DNA of 32,000 nucleotides. Source: an uncultured archaeon (lineage in GTDB: Archaea; Iainarchaeota; Iainarchaeia; Iainarchaeales; CSSED10-239). The notes beneath the pieces were generated by a model. The model saw only the letters and a program-made list of their open reading frames with translations, did no database searches and had not been told where the DNA came from. The stretch spans positions 5,149 through 37,148 of the forward strand of contig CAZQEL010000007.1 of assembly GCA_964591795.1 (NCBI GenBank), read 5' to 3'. The position numbers and the translations under genes are program-made. Shown here piece by piece: positions 1 to 8,793 of the stretch; within the stretch, counting starts at the first letter, position 1, and each line of letters begins with the position of its first letter.

Positions 1-536
1 AAAGTATACCCACCTAAAACTACAAATTTGTTTTCAGAAAGATCTTTTTTAATTTTTTTGGCTAAATTATTATAAACCAAACTTCTTTCTTTAAAAGAAA
101 ATTCTTTACGTCCAAAAGTTGAATCAATAACAAGTGTATCTACAATTATTGGTTTTGCGCCTTTTAAAAGTAAAGATGGTTTTGTATTAAAATCCCCAGT
201 ATATAATAATGAATTTTTATTATCTTCAAATAGAAACATAGCCGCACCAAGAATATGTCCAGCATTTAATGCAGTCACATATAAATCATCTATAAGATTT
301 ATTTTTTTATTAAACTCAAGTTCAACAAAATCAAATTTACTTTTTTTAAAACGGCCATTAAGAAGATTAATAGTTTCTCTGGTTGCAAAAGTCTTTTGAG
401 ATGTGTTACAGGCGTGATCTGAATGAGCATGTGTAATAAATGAATATTCATTTAAAGCACACATTTTAGATTGATCTAAATTTATTTTAAGATTATTCTT
501 TAAAATACTAAAAAATGATGCATATTCAAATTTCAT
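1..536 (-). CDS. MBL-fold metallo-hydrolase, beta-CASP-like (N-terminal 178 aa; C-terminus lies beyond the window start)
   Basis: My own minus-strand translation from the ATG at 536-534 stays open to position 1. It reads MKFEYASFF...ITHAHSDHA (HxHxDH zinc motif)...NAGHILGAAMF...LYTGDF...LVIDSTFG. It is absent from the ORF track because there is no stop inside the window. Confidence 0.65.
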   Translation of the reverse strand, partial: MKFEYASFFSILKNNLKINLDQSKMCALNEYSFITHAHSDHACNTSQKTFATRETINLLNGRFKKSKFDFVELEFNKKINLIDDLYVTALNAGHILGAAMFLFEDNKNSLLYTGDFNTKPSLLLKGAKPIIVDTLVIDSTFGRKEFSFKERSLVYNNLAKKIKKDLSENKFVVLGGYT

Positions 537-607
537 GTTTGATCATTATTTATTTTTGCAAAATGTATTTTATAAAAATATTAATCTATTTAAAAATAGA
601 AATTAAA

Positions 608-795
608 TGGGGACACCGGGATTCGAACCCGGGTCTACAGGTATCTCCTATTTTAATTTTATATAATATAAAATTAAATTAATTTCTGTACGTAATCAAT
701 CATCTGGTTTAAAAAAAAACCATCTTGCGATCCAGATCATTTTTATTAAAAAATATCTGGAGCCCGTAAGGTTAACCTGGCTACCCCATGTCCCC
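608..795 (-). tRNA. tRNA-Trp(CCA): tRNA-Trp (anticodon CCA) with a 114-nt intron at the canonical 37/38 position
   Basis: Hand fold of the minus strand. Acceptor GGGGACA/TGTCCCC with discriminator A. D arm GGGT-AGCCAGGTTA-ACCT. Anticodon stem ACGGG/CCTGT. T arm CCGGG-TTCGAAT-CCCGG. The spliced anticodon loop is CUCCAGA. No CCA is encoded. The mature length would be 74 nt. Confidence 0.85.
643..756 (-). other. tRNA-Trp intron bounded by a bulge-helix-bulge motif
   Basis: Central 4-bp helix CUCC/GGAG is flanked by 3-nt bulges AGA and AUA. The inner helix is UAUUUU/AAAAUA. An internal hairpin pairs AUCUGG (plus 702-707) with CCAGAU (plus 732-737). Confidence 0.75.
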
Positions 796-847
796 GATTT
801 AATAAATATATATAAATAATAAAGTATTTATATGTTTGTTAAACGGC

Positions 848-866
848 AAAAAAAAAAAAAAAAAAA
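848..866 (-). terminator. T19 homopolymer directly after the LemA stop codon (archaeal oligo-T terminator candidate)
   Basis: 19 consecutive A on the plus strand (T on the coding strand) abut the TAG stop at 867-869. It lies about 50 nt upstream of the tRNA-Trp 5' end. Confidence 0.5.
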
Positions 867-1418
867 CTAGAAAGAAACTTTAACGTTCTTTCTTTCTGAA
901 TCTGGAGCTTCAAAAAATATTTCTGATTTAAAATTAAACATATTTGCAAAAATATTTGAAGGAAACATTTCAATTTTGTTATTATATATCATAACTGAAT
1001 CGTTATAAAATTGTCTTGCATAAGCAATTTTACTTTCAATACCTGAAAGTTCTTCTTGAAGCATTAAAAAGTTTTGACTAGCCTTAAGATCAGGATAATT
1101 TTCAACAGCAATATTAAGTCCAGTTAATGCTTTTGAAAGTTCGTTATTTGCTTTAGCTTTCATTGTCATATCAGTTGCACTCATTGCTTGTGATCTTAAT
1201 TGAGTAATTTTTGTAAATGTATCTTTTTCATGTATCATATAACCTTTTACAGTTTCAATTAAGTTTGGAACAAGATCGTATCTTTTTTTAAGTTGAACAT
1301 CAATCTGACTCCAAGAGTTTTTAACTCTATTTCTTAATCTTATAAGACTGTTATAGATTGTAAACACAATTATTAGAAGCACTACAACAATAATTAAAAT
1401 TATTATACCAGTTGTCAT
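867..1418 (-). CDS. lemA: LemA family membrane protein
   Basis: 183 aa with an N-terminal TM segment, then NSLIRLRNRVKNSWSQIDVQLKKRYDLVPNLIETVKGY..HE and a C-terminal YNN..E.FPSNIFA block typical of LemA. A GGGGG SD-like run lies upstream of the ATG. Confidence 0.85.
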   Translation of the reverse strand: MTTGIIILIIVVVLLIIVFTIYNSLIRLRNRVKNSWSQIDVQLKKRYDLVPNLIETVKGYMIHEKDTFTKITQLRSQAMSATDMTMKAKANNELSKALTGLNIAVENYPDLKASQNFLMLQEELSGIESKIAYARQFYNDSVMIYNNKIEMFPSNIFANMFNFKSEIFFEAPDSERKNVKVSF

Positions 1419-1608
1419 AATTCATTCCCCCTTCTAGTATCTTATTATTAACTTTATTATTTATAAAATAATATAAAACTATATTAATATATATAGATAA
1501 AAAGAAATAAAAAGAAATTGTTTTTATCCAAATTAAATTATTTTTTATCAACACAAAATAATTCAGAAATAAATGTTAAAAAAACAAAAAAAAAGAAAAA
1601 AAAGAAAA

Positions 1609-1854
1609 TTACTCCATATAACAATCTTCAGGACAATTTAGTGGATTTTCTCCATAGACATAATCACATCTTAAATCTCCACAATATGGTTTTACATTAA
1701 CTATATTGTTATGAGATGCGAATTTATCCTCAGATTCTGTATAACTAACTGTATTTTCTTTAATGTTTATAGATAAAAAGAAAACATTAAAAAATAAAAA
1801 CACAATTGTTACAACTGAAATTAAAACCATTCCTTTCTGTCTCTTATTAGGCAT
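1609..1854 (-). CDS. small membrane-anchored or secreted Cys-rich protein (hypothetical)
   Basis: 81 aa with one N-terminal hydrophobic segment and a C-terminal CGDLRCDYVYGENPLNCPEDC motif. A strong SD GGAGGA (plus 1861-1866) lies 6 nt upstream of the ATG. Confidence 0.6.
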   Translation of the reverse strand: MPNKRQKGMVLISVVTIVFLFFNVFFLSINIKENTVSYTESEDKFASHNNIVNVKPYCGDLRCDYVYGENPLNCPEDCYME

Positions 1855-1895
1855 ACTTATTCCTCCAATGTGTGAATCGTTTTTTTGAAAAGCGT

Positions 1896-2016
1896 TTAAA
1901 TTGCAAGAAAAATTTTACGTAAGATGATTACTTTGCAATCTAAATTATGGTTTGCGAATAAAAAATTGCACGAAAATGTTTATTGTAAGATAATTAATTT
2001 GCAATTTAAAATTCGA
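1896..2016. repeat. imperfect tandem duplication (about 65-bp period) carrying TTGCAA-type palindromes
   Basis: Core 1898-1947 (aaattgcaagaaaaattttacgtaagatgattactttgcaatctaaatt) aligns with 1963-2013 (aaattgcacgaaaatgtttattgtaagataattaatttgcaatttaaaatt) at roughly 80 percent identity by eye. Confidence 0.6.
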
Positions 2017-2186
2017 TTTTTCCAGAAAACTTTTTCTAGAAACTAAATGTAATTCAAAGTTATTATAAAAAGAACTAATTTTGTTTTCAAACAAAAAAAG
2101 TAAAATAGTTTGCAAAAATAAAACTTTATGTAAACTTAAATTATTAATAATTAAATAGTTATTAAAAAATAAAAAATAAAAAAAAA

Positions 2187-4595
2187 TTACTTTTTAGAAT
2201 TTTCTTTCTTTGCAACTAAAATTTTTGTTTTAATTAAAGTATCTGGATTTAAACTCATAGAATCAATTCCAATTGATACTAAAAATTTAGCAAAATCAGG
2301 ATAATCAGATGGAGCTTGTCCACAAATACCAATGTATTTACCTTTTCTTCTTGCAATTTTTACAACTTTTGTAATAAGTTCCTTAACAGCAGGATTTCTT
2401 TCATCATAAATACTTGCTACAATTTCTGAATTTCTATCAAGTCCTAAAGTTAATTGAGTTAAATCATTTGTACCAATTGAAAATCCATCAAATACGTCCA
2501 AGAAATCTTCCGCTAATATTATATTTGAAGGAATCTCACACATACCAATTACTTTAAGCCCTAAAAATCCTTGTCTTAAACCATTTTTCTTAAGTTCAAA
2601 AATAACTTTTTTAGCTTCTTCAACAGTTCTACAAAAAGGAATCATTATTTCAATATTTGTAAAACCCATTTCTTCTCTTACTTTTTTAATTGCCTTACAT
2701 TCTAATGCAAAACCTTCTCTATAATTTCCTTGATAATATCTTGAAGCACCACGCCATCCTATCATTGGATTTGATTCTATTGGTTCATATTCTTTACCAC
2801 CAATAAGATTCGCATATTCATCAGATTTAAAATCAGACATTCTTAAAATAACTTTCTTTGGATAAAATGCAGCTGCAATTCTTGCAATTCCTTGTGATAA
2901 TTTATCTACAAAATATTCTACTTTATTTTTATAACCTATAGTTAAACTATCAATTTCATCTTTAACAGCTTTATCTTTTATTTTATTATAATTTATTAAA
3001 GCTAAAGGATGTATTTTTATCCAAGAATTAATAATAAATTCTTCTCTTGCAAGACCAACACCATCTGATGGTAAAAAAGATTGTTCAAAGGCTTGTTCAG
3101 GATTACCAATGTTTAACATTATTTTTGTTTTTGTAGTTGGTATTTTTTTAATATTATGTACATCTTTCTTAAATTTTAAAACTTTATCATAAACATATCC
3201 AAAATCTCCAGAAGAACAATCAATTGTAATCATTTGTTTATCTTTTATTTTTAAAGTTGCATCAATTGTTCCTACAACACAAGGAATACCAAGTTCTCTT
3301 GCAATTATTGCAGCATGACAAGTTTTACCACCTTTATTTGTCACAATACCCGATGCTATTTTCATTATAGGCACCCAATCAGGATCTGTCATTTCAGTAA
3401 TTAAAATATCACCTTTTGAAAAAGAATTAATATCTTTTACATCTTTAATTATTGAGGTTTTACCAGTAGCTATTTTTTGACCAATTGAAATACCTTTTAC
3501 AATAGGTTCTGTTTTTCCTAAAAGTGTATATGTTTCAATTTGATTTAAATTTTTATTAGACTGAACAGTTTCAGGTCTTGCTTGAACAATATATACTTTT
3601 TTATTAATACCATCAACAGCCCACTCCATATCCATTGGTTTATAGTGTCCAGCTTTTTCTGAATAATAATCTTCAATAACACAAGCCCATTTTGCTAAAG
3701 TTGTTGCATATTTATCATCAATACAATATTGATTTCTATGATTAATATCAACATTTACATTTTTAACCGATTTATTACCTTGAGTATCATAAATCATTTT
3801 AATTGATTTTTCACCAAGTCTTTTTGAAATTATTGCATTTTTACCTTGTCTTAAAGTTGGTTTAAATATAACAAATTCATCAGGATTAACTGCTCCTTGT
3901 ACAATGTTTTCTCCAAGACCATAAGCACCATTAATTACAACAACATCTCTAAAACCTGTTTCAGTATCAATTGAAAACATAACCCCTGAAGCTGCTAAAT
4001 CACTTCTAACCATTTTTTGAACAACAATTGAAAGTGCAACTTTAGTATGACTAAATTTTTTTTCAACTCTATAAGCTATTGCTCTATTAGTAAAAAGAGA
4101 TGCAAAACATTTCCTACATGCTTGAATTAAATCTTCAGGCCCTCTTATGTTTAAATAAGTTTCTTGTTGTCCTGCAAAAGAAGCATCAGGTAAATCTTCT
4201 GCTGTTGCGGATGATCTTACAGCAACATCAAGTTCTTTTGTTTTTTCTGATTTTGAAAGAGTATAATAGGCTTCAATGATTTCTTTTTCTAAATCATGTG
4301 GTATTTCTGCAATTCTAATTAATTTTCTTATTTTTGCACCTTTTTGAGAAAGTGCTTCTAAATCATTAATATTTAAATTTTTTAAAATATTATCTATTTT
4401 TTTAATAATTTCATCTTTTTGTAAAAGATATCTATAAGCATGAGCAGTAATTGCAAAACCATTAGGTATTTTCACACCTTTTTTAGTTAAATTTCTGTAC
4501 ATTTCACCTAAAGATGCATTTTTTCCACCAACTATAGGAACATCTTCAATTGCTATTTCATTAAACCACAAAATAAATTTATTTTCTCTTTTCAT
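2187..4595 (-). CDS. ppsA: phosphoenolpyruvate synthase (pyruvate, water dikinase)
   Basis: 802 aa. N-terminal ATP-grasp block (GGKNASLGEM), phosphohistidine swivel motif GGKTCHAAIIARELGIPCVVG, and C-terminal PEP-utiliser motif GTNDLTQLTLG. Confidence 0.93.
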   Translation of the reverse strand: MKRENKFILWFNEIAIEDVPIVGGKNASLGEMYRNLTKKGVKIPNGFAITAHAYRYLLQKDEIIKKIDNILKNLNINDLEALSQKGAKIRKLIRIAEIPHDLEKEIIEAYYTLSKSEKTKELDVAVRSSATAEDLPDASFAGQQETYLNIRGPEDLIQACRKCFASLFTNRAIAYRVEKKFSHTKVALSIVVQKMVRSDLAASGVMFSIDTETGFRDVVVINGAYGLGENIVQGAVNPDEFVIFKPTLRQGKNAIISKRLGEKSIKMIYDTQGNKSVKNVNVDINHRNQYCIDDKYATTLAKWACVIEDYYSEKAGHYKPMDMEWAVDGINKKVYIVQARPETVQSNKNLNQIETYTLLGKTEPIVKGISIGQKIATGKTSIIKDVKDINSFSKGDILITEMTDPDWVPIMKIASGIVTNKGGKTCHAAIIARELGIPCVVGTIDATLKIKDKQMITIDCSSGDFGYVYDKVLKFKKDVHNIKKIPTTKTKIMLNIGNPEQAFEQSFLPSDGVGLAREEFIINSWIKIHPLALINYNKIKDKAVKDEIDSLTIGYKNKVEYFVDKLSQGIARIAAAFYPKKVILRMSDFKSDEYANLIGGKEYEPIESNPMIGWRGASRYYQGNYREGFALECKAIKKVREEMGFTNIEIMIPFCRTVEEAKKVIFELKKNGLRQGFLGLKVIGMCEIPSNIILAEDFLDVFDGFSIGTNDLTQLTLGLDRNSEIVASIYDERNPAVKELITKVVKIARRKGKYIGICGQAPSDYPDFAKFLVSIGIDSMSLNPDTLIKTKILVAKKENSKK

Positions 4596-4955
4596 ATATT
4601 AATCACAATCTATTTATTATTTTACAATATTAGTTAACCTAACTATTTTTATAGTTATCTTGCACTTAAATCACTGCCATTATCGTCGTCTCCAAATTGA
4701 CCATTAAATCCACTAAATTCTAAACTTCCATCAAATTAAAAACTACCAAATCTTATATTTAAATTATTTAAAATAAATTTATTAGATTCTATATTTATTT
4801 TTATAAAACTGCTTAATACCATTTTTCAAAAACATTTACAACACCATTAAAATTTAAATTATAAATTATTTTTATTTAAAAAATATTAAAATATTTTACC
4901 TAAAATAATGATAACATTAATAATAATAATTAAAATAATATAAAATATATCTTTT

Positions 4956-5822
4956 TCATAAATATTCGTCATTTATAATTTCTTTTAATAAATCAATAAC
5001 TTGTAAAAAAGAACCATCATTAACAATTACAATATCAAAAGTATTTTTGTAAATTTCTAATTTATGTTCAATATCTGAATTTAAAAAACCTATTGAAAGA
5101 ATAACTTTATTATTTAAGCCATCAACCATTTTCACATCTTCAAGAGAATCTCCTATAACAATTACATTTTTCCTCTCTTTTATTTGATTATAATAAGAAT
5201 TATTTTTTAATTCAAATTCATTTTTATTAAGTATATGTATTGTTTTATCTTTATAATTTGGTTTTGCATAACCATTTTGATCCCAATCAAAGAAATTAGA
5301 AACAATCTCTATATTTGAAAATAACAAATTTTCTTTGTTTAAAACAGAAATTATAAAATCACCTATTCCTGAAGAAAATATAAGTAAAGGAATTTTTTTG
5401 TCAAAAAGAAATTTAAAAAAAATATCAACCCTTTCTCTTAATTCCATATTGGATTTAATAATAATTTCTGAAACTATATTTTTATTCATTTTTGATTCTG
5501 AAATTAATTTTATGTGCTTTTCCCACCATTCTTTCATTTTTTCTTTCTTTTCTTCAAAAGGAATTGAAATATCAACCTCTATTGAATGATATTTATCATA
5601 AAGTGCATACGATTTTTGAGGATAATTATCTTCAAGATAACCACCATCTCTTATTAAAGAAATTGCAGATTTAAATTTGCCAGTTTTAGTATATTCTTTA
5701 TTTAATGTTTTATCAAAATCAGAAACAACATGAAGATGATTAATTCCATCTTTTTTAATTAGATCCAATTTTTCTTTTAATAAATCTCTATTTTTAATAA
5801 AAACATCTTTTAATAACTTCAT
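4956..5822 (-). CDS. HAD-superfamily hydrolase of the UMPH-1 / cytosolic 5'-nucleotidase III type
   Basis: HAD motif I VVSDFDKTL, motif II LLIFSSGIGDFI, motif IV VIGDSLEDVKMVDG. By recollection it is collinear with eukaryotic cN-III (FSAGIGD...VSNF.DFD...GDSxGDxxMADG...DIV.V.D). Confidence 0.65.
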   Translation of the reverse strand: MKLLKDVFIKNRDLLKEKLDLIKKDGINHLHVVSDFDKTLNKEYTKTGKFKSAISLIRDGGYLEDNYPQKSYALYDKYHSIEVDISIPFEEKKEKMKEWWEKHIKLISESKMNKNIVSEIIIKSNMELRERVDIFFKFLFDKKIPLLIFSSGIGDFIISVLNKENLLFSNIEIVSNFFDWDQNGYAKPNYKDKTIHILNKNEFELKNNSYYNQIKERKNVIVIGDSLEDVKMVDGLNNKVILSIGFLNSDIEHKLEIYKNTFDIVIVNDGSFLQVIDLLKEIINDEYL

Positions 5823-5834
5823 AATAAAAAAACC

Positions 5835-6644
5835 TCATTTTAATATTTCTTTTTTAAAAAGATTATAACGTCTATAATTTTTAGTTTTACTAGATTTATA
5901 ATTTATGGCATTAAATGGACACATATTATAACATTTAGTGCACATTATACATTTATTTGAAAATTTAACTTCTCTTTTTTGTTTTTTAACAACTATATTT
6001 TGAGTAGGACAGCCTCTTTCACAAATACCACAAAGAGTACATTTATCATAATCCACAACCCATTTTTTTCTAGTAAGAGATTTGTTTAAAAAGTAATTTA
6101 CTATGTTAGAAAATAATTTATTAAATATATTAACTTTGATAATATTTTCTTGACCACTATATAATGAATTAAAATCAACTCTTATTTTATCTTTAACTAA
6201 ACTAATTTTAGTAGAAATTAATTTTTCTTCAATTAAATCTTTTGAAAACATAAAAGAAACATTATCAGGCATAGAATAAAAATAAGTAGAAACCACATTA
6301 TATTTTTTATCTAAAAGTTTTTTTCTTAAAGAACTAAAAGAAGCACCAACCATACCACCACAAGTAGCTAAAAGTAACACTGGTTTATTAGTGGATACAG
6401 TAGGTAAATTTGAAATAAATTTTTCAACCATTTGTGGAGCTTTAAAACCATGCACAGGAAAAGCAATAACAAGCATTTCATACTCAGCTTGGCTTTTTGA
6501 AACATCAATAGTTTCAATTGGAATCATGTCAACAGAAATTGATTTTAATAAAAGTTCTTTTATATAAAGGTTAGAAACGAATAAAGTATTTCCTGTTCCT
6601 GAAAAATAATATAATGCTATATTTTTTATATTTTTAAAATACAT
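5835..6644 (-). CDS. flavodoxin-like domain fused to a 2x[4Fe-4S] ferredoxin domain (EFR1-like)
   Basis: N-terminal YFSGTGNT flavodoxin-type loop. C-terminal CTLCGICERGCP and CIMCTKCYNMCP cluster motifs. Confidence 0.7.
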   Translation of the reverse strand: MYFKNIKNIALYYFSGTGNTLFVSNLYIKELLLKSISVDMIPIETIDVSKSQAEYEMLVIAFPVHGFKAPQMVEKFISNLPTVSTNKPVLLLATCGGMVGASFSSLRKKLLDKKYNVVSTYFYSMPDNVSFMFSKDLIEEKLISTKISLVKDKIRVDFNSLYSGQENIIKVNIFNKLFSNIVNYFLNKSLTRKKWVVDYDKCTLCGICERGCPTQNIVVKKQKREVKFSNKCIMCTKCYNMCPFNAINYKSSKTKNYRRYNLFKKEILK

Positions 6645-6785
6645 ATATTAAGTATCCTTTTAAAATTAAAATACATATATAATATTAGAAACATTTAAAA
6701 AGAAATATATAGGTCACTTACTTCCAATAAATATATATTCTATTAAGAACATATATTATATCTTATTTTAAAAAAATGATCAAAT

Positions 6786-8690
6786 ATGACACTAAAAAAA
6801 ATATACTTTAGACACTCAAACTTTAGAGATGAACAAAAACAAATTATTATAGATATACTTGAAGCTTTAAAAAATAAAAAAAATATGATTTTACATGCTC
6901 CTACAGGAACTGGAAAAACAGATGCAGCTCTTTCGGCTGCAATTAGTTATGGACTTGAAAATAACAAAAAAATATTATTTTTAACACCTAAAACATCTCA
7001 ACACAAAGTTGCATTAGATGTAATTCGTGGAATTAACTTAAAATATAATAGTAAAATTAAAGCAATTGATTTTGTAGGAAAAAAAAACTTATGTATTGAA
7101 CCAGGAATTTCACAAATGAAAGCTGGTTTTTATGAAATCTGTAGACATGCTGTTCAAAATAAACAATGTCCTTTTTATTTAAATGTAAAACCAATAAATA
7201 AAAACGAAAGAGAAATAACTGATCAATTGATTGAAAGAGAAAATAAAAATTTAATGATCCTTTCATCCGAACATTCTAAAGATATAGCCTATAATTTTAA
7301 ATCACTACAAGAAAAACCAATGCCTCTATGTCCATATGAATATTCTAAAATTTTTGCAAGAGATTGTCAAGTTATTGTAGCAGACTATTATCATTTATTT
7401 TCTAAAAAAATAGCAGATTCTTTCCTAAGTGAAATAAATATAGATATTAAAGATTGTATTGTAATCGTAGATGAAGCACACAATTTAGAAGAAAGAATAA
7501 TAAAACTATTATCAAAAACAATTAATGTAAGTATTATTAATAGAGCAATAAAAGAAGCTGAAGAAATAAATGAACTTGATGTTGCAACATTTTTAAAAGA
7601 ATTTATAATTAATCTTGAAGAAATTGCAGATATTAAATTTAAAAATAAAAAAAATGTTTATGAAAAAGAAGAACACATAAAAGAACATGAACTTTTATTT
7701 AAAAAATATTTAGAAAATATTGAAGAACAAATAAATAAAGTAGAAGAAGCAGGAATAAATTATCTTGAAAAGAAAAATGAAACCAGATCTTCTCTTGTTA
7801 ATTTAGCTTTATTCTTTGAAAATTGGTTTTTAGTAAAAGGAGACGATTTTGTAAAATACATTAAAATTGAAAATAATGTTATCAGTATTAAAAATAACGC
7901 AATGGATGTGTCTAAAATCACAAAAGATGTATTCAAAAGTTGCTATGCTGGAATCATAATGTCAGGAACTTTAACTCCACTTAAAATGTATGAAGAAATA
8001 TATGGACTTAAGGGTAATACCATATTAAAAGAATACAATTCTCCTTTTCCAAAAGAAAATAGACTTGATATTTTAATTAATAATGTCACTACAAAATACA
8101 CTAATCGAAATGTAGATGAATATAAAAAAATTGCAAAAATTACAAGTGAACTTGTTAATGCAATTCCAGGAAACACAATTGTTTTTTTTCCAAGTTTTGA
8201 GATGATGAAAAATATTGAAAAATTTATTATTATAAGTAAACCAAAAATTTACCAGGAAAAAGAAAGCACAACTGAGTCTTTTGAAAAAATGATTTCAAAA
8301 TTTAAACAAAATTCAAATTTATTAGGATCCTGTTTATTTGCAGTAATGGGTGGAAAAGCATCAGAAGGAATAGATCTACCAGGAAATCTTTTAATGGGTG
8401 CAATTATTATTGGAATTCCACTATCTAAAATGGAAATTTATACAAAATCAAGAATTGATTATTATGAAAAATTATATAAAAAAGGATGGCAATATGCTTA
8501 TATTCAACCAGCCTTACAAAAAGTAATTCAAAGTGCAGGAAGAGTAATTAGAAGTGAAAAAGACAAAGGAGTTATAGTTTATTTAGATTCTCGATATGAA
8601 TGGGGAAAATATAAACAACATTTACCTAAAAATATAAAATTCACAAAATCTAAGGACTATAAAGAAGAAATAGACAATTTCTTTTCATAA
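6786..8690 (+). CDS. xpd: XPD/Rad3-family Fe-S DNA helicase (superfamily 2)
   Basis: Walker A HAPTGTGKT, DEAH box VDEAHNL, and motif VI QSAGRVIRS. Four Cys lie between motifs I and II (NLC...EIC...KQC...PLCPYE), consistent with the 4Fe-4S domain. Confidence 0.85.
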   Translation: MTLKKIYFRHSNFRDEQKQIIIDILEALKNKKNMILHAPTGTGKTDAALSAAISYGLENNKKILFLTPKTSQHKVALDVIRGINLKYNSKIKAIDFVGKKNLCIEPGISQMKAGFYEICRHAVQNKQCPFYLNVKPINKNEREITDQLIERENKNLMILSSEHSKDIAYNFKSLQEKPMPLCPYEYSKIFARDCQVIVADYYHLFSKKIADSFLSEINIDIKDCIVIVDEAHNLEERIIKLLSKTINVSIINRAIKEAEEINELDVATFLKEFIINLEEIADIKFKNKKNVYEKEEHIKEHELLFKKYLENIEEQINKVEEAGINYLEKKNETRSSLVNLALFFENWFLVKGDDFVKYIKIENNVISIKNNAMDVSKITKDVFKSCYAGIIMSGTLTPLKMYEEIYGLKGNTILKEYNSPFPKENRLDILINNVTTKYTNRNVDEYKKIAKITSELVNAIPGNTIVFFPSFEMMKNIEKFIIISKPKIYQEKESTTESFEKMISKFKQNSNLLGSCLFAVMGGKASEGIDLPGNLLMGAIIIGIPLSKMEIYTKSRIDYYEKLYKKGWQYAYIQPALQKVIQSAGRVIRSEKDKGVIVYLDSRYEWGKYKQHLPKNIKFTKSKDYKEEIDNFFS

Positions 8691-8793
8691 ATCTTAAAAA
8701 ACCATTTCTTTTTAAATGATTATGTGCATATATTATATTAATAAGAATAAACATTTAAACTAAAATTAAATTTAAAATATAAAGTGAGTAAAT

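Noticed and set aside
643-756. Box C/D guide RNA embedded in the tRNA-Trp intron (as in Haloferax)
   Set aside because: Only degenerate box-like strings are present (AUGAUC, GAUGAUU), with no exact CUGA D box. Spacing does not fit the 12-nt guide rule. It is kept only as something to test, not as a feature.
1351-1700. ORFs 1351-1554 (-) and 1518-1700 (+)
   Set aside because: They overlap the LemA start, the small Cys-rich gene and AT-rich spacer. Their products are Asn/Ile/Lys-rich, as expected from random AT-rich sequence, and include a poly-Lys from an A-run. No ribosome-binding site is present.
4660-4745. GC-richer patch in the ppsA upstream spacer, with a 26-codon open frame on the minus strand (FDGSLEFSGFNGQFGDDDNGSDLSAR)
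   Set aside because: It has no start codon, no SD and no recognisable motif. It could be a gene remnant, but that cannot be supported from sequence alone.
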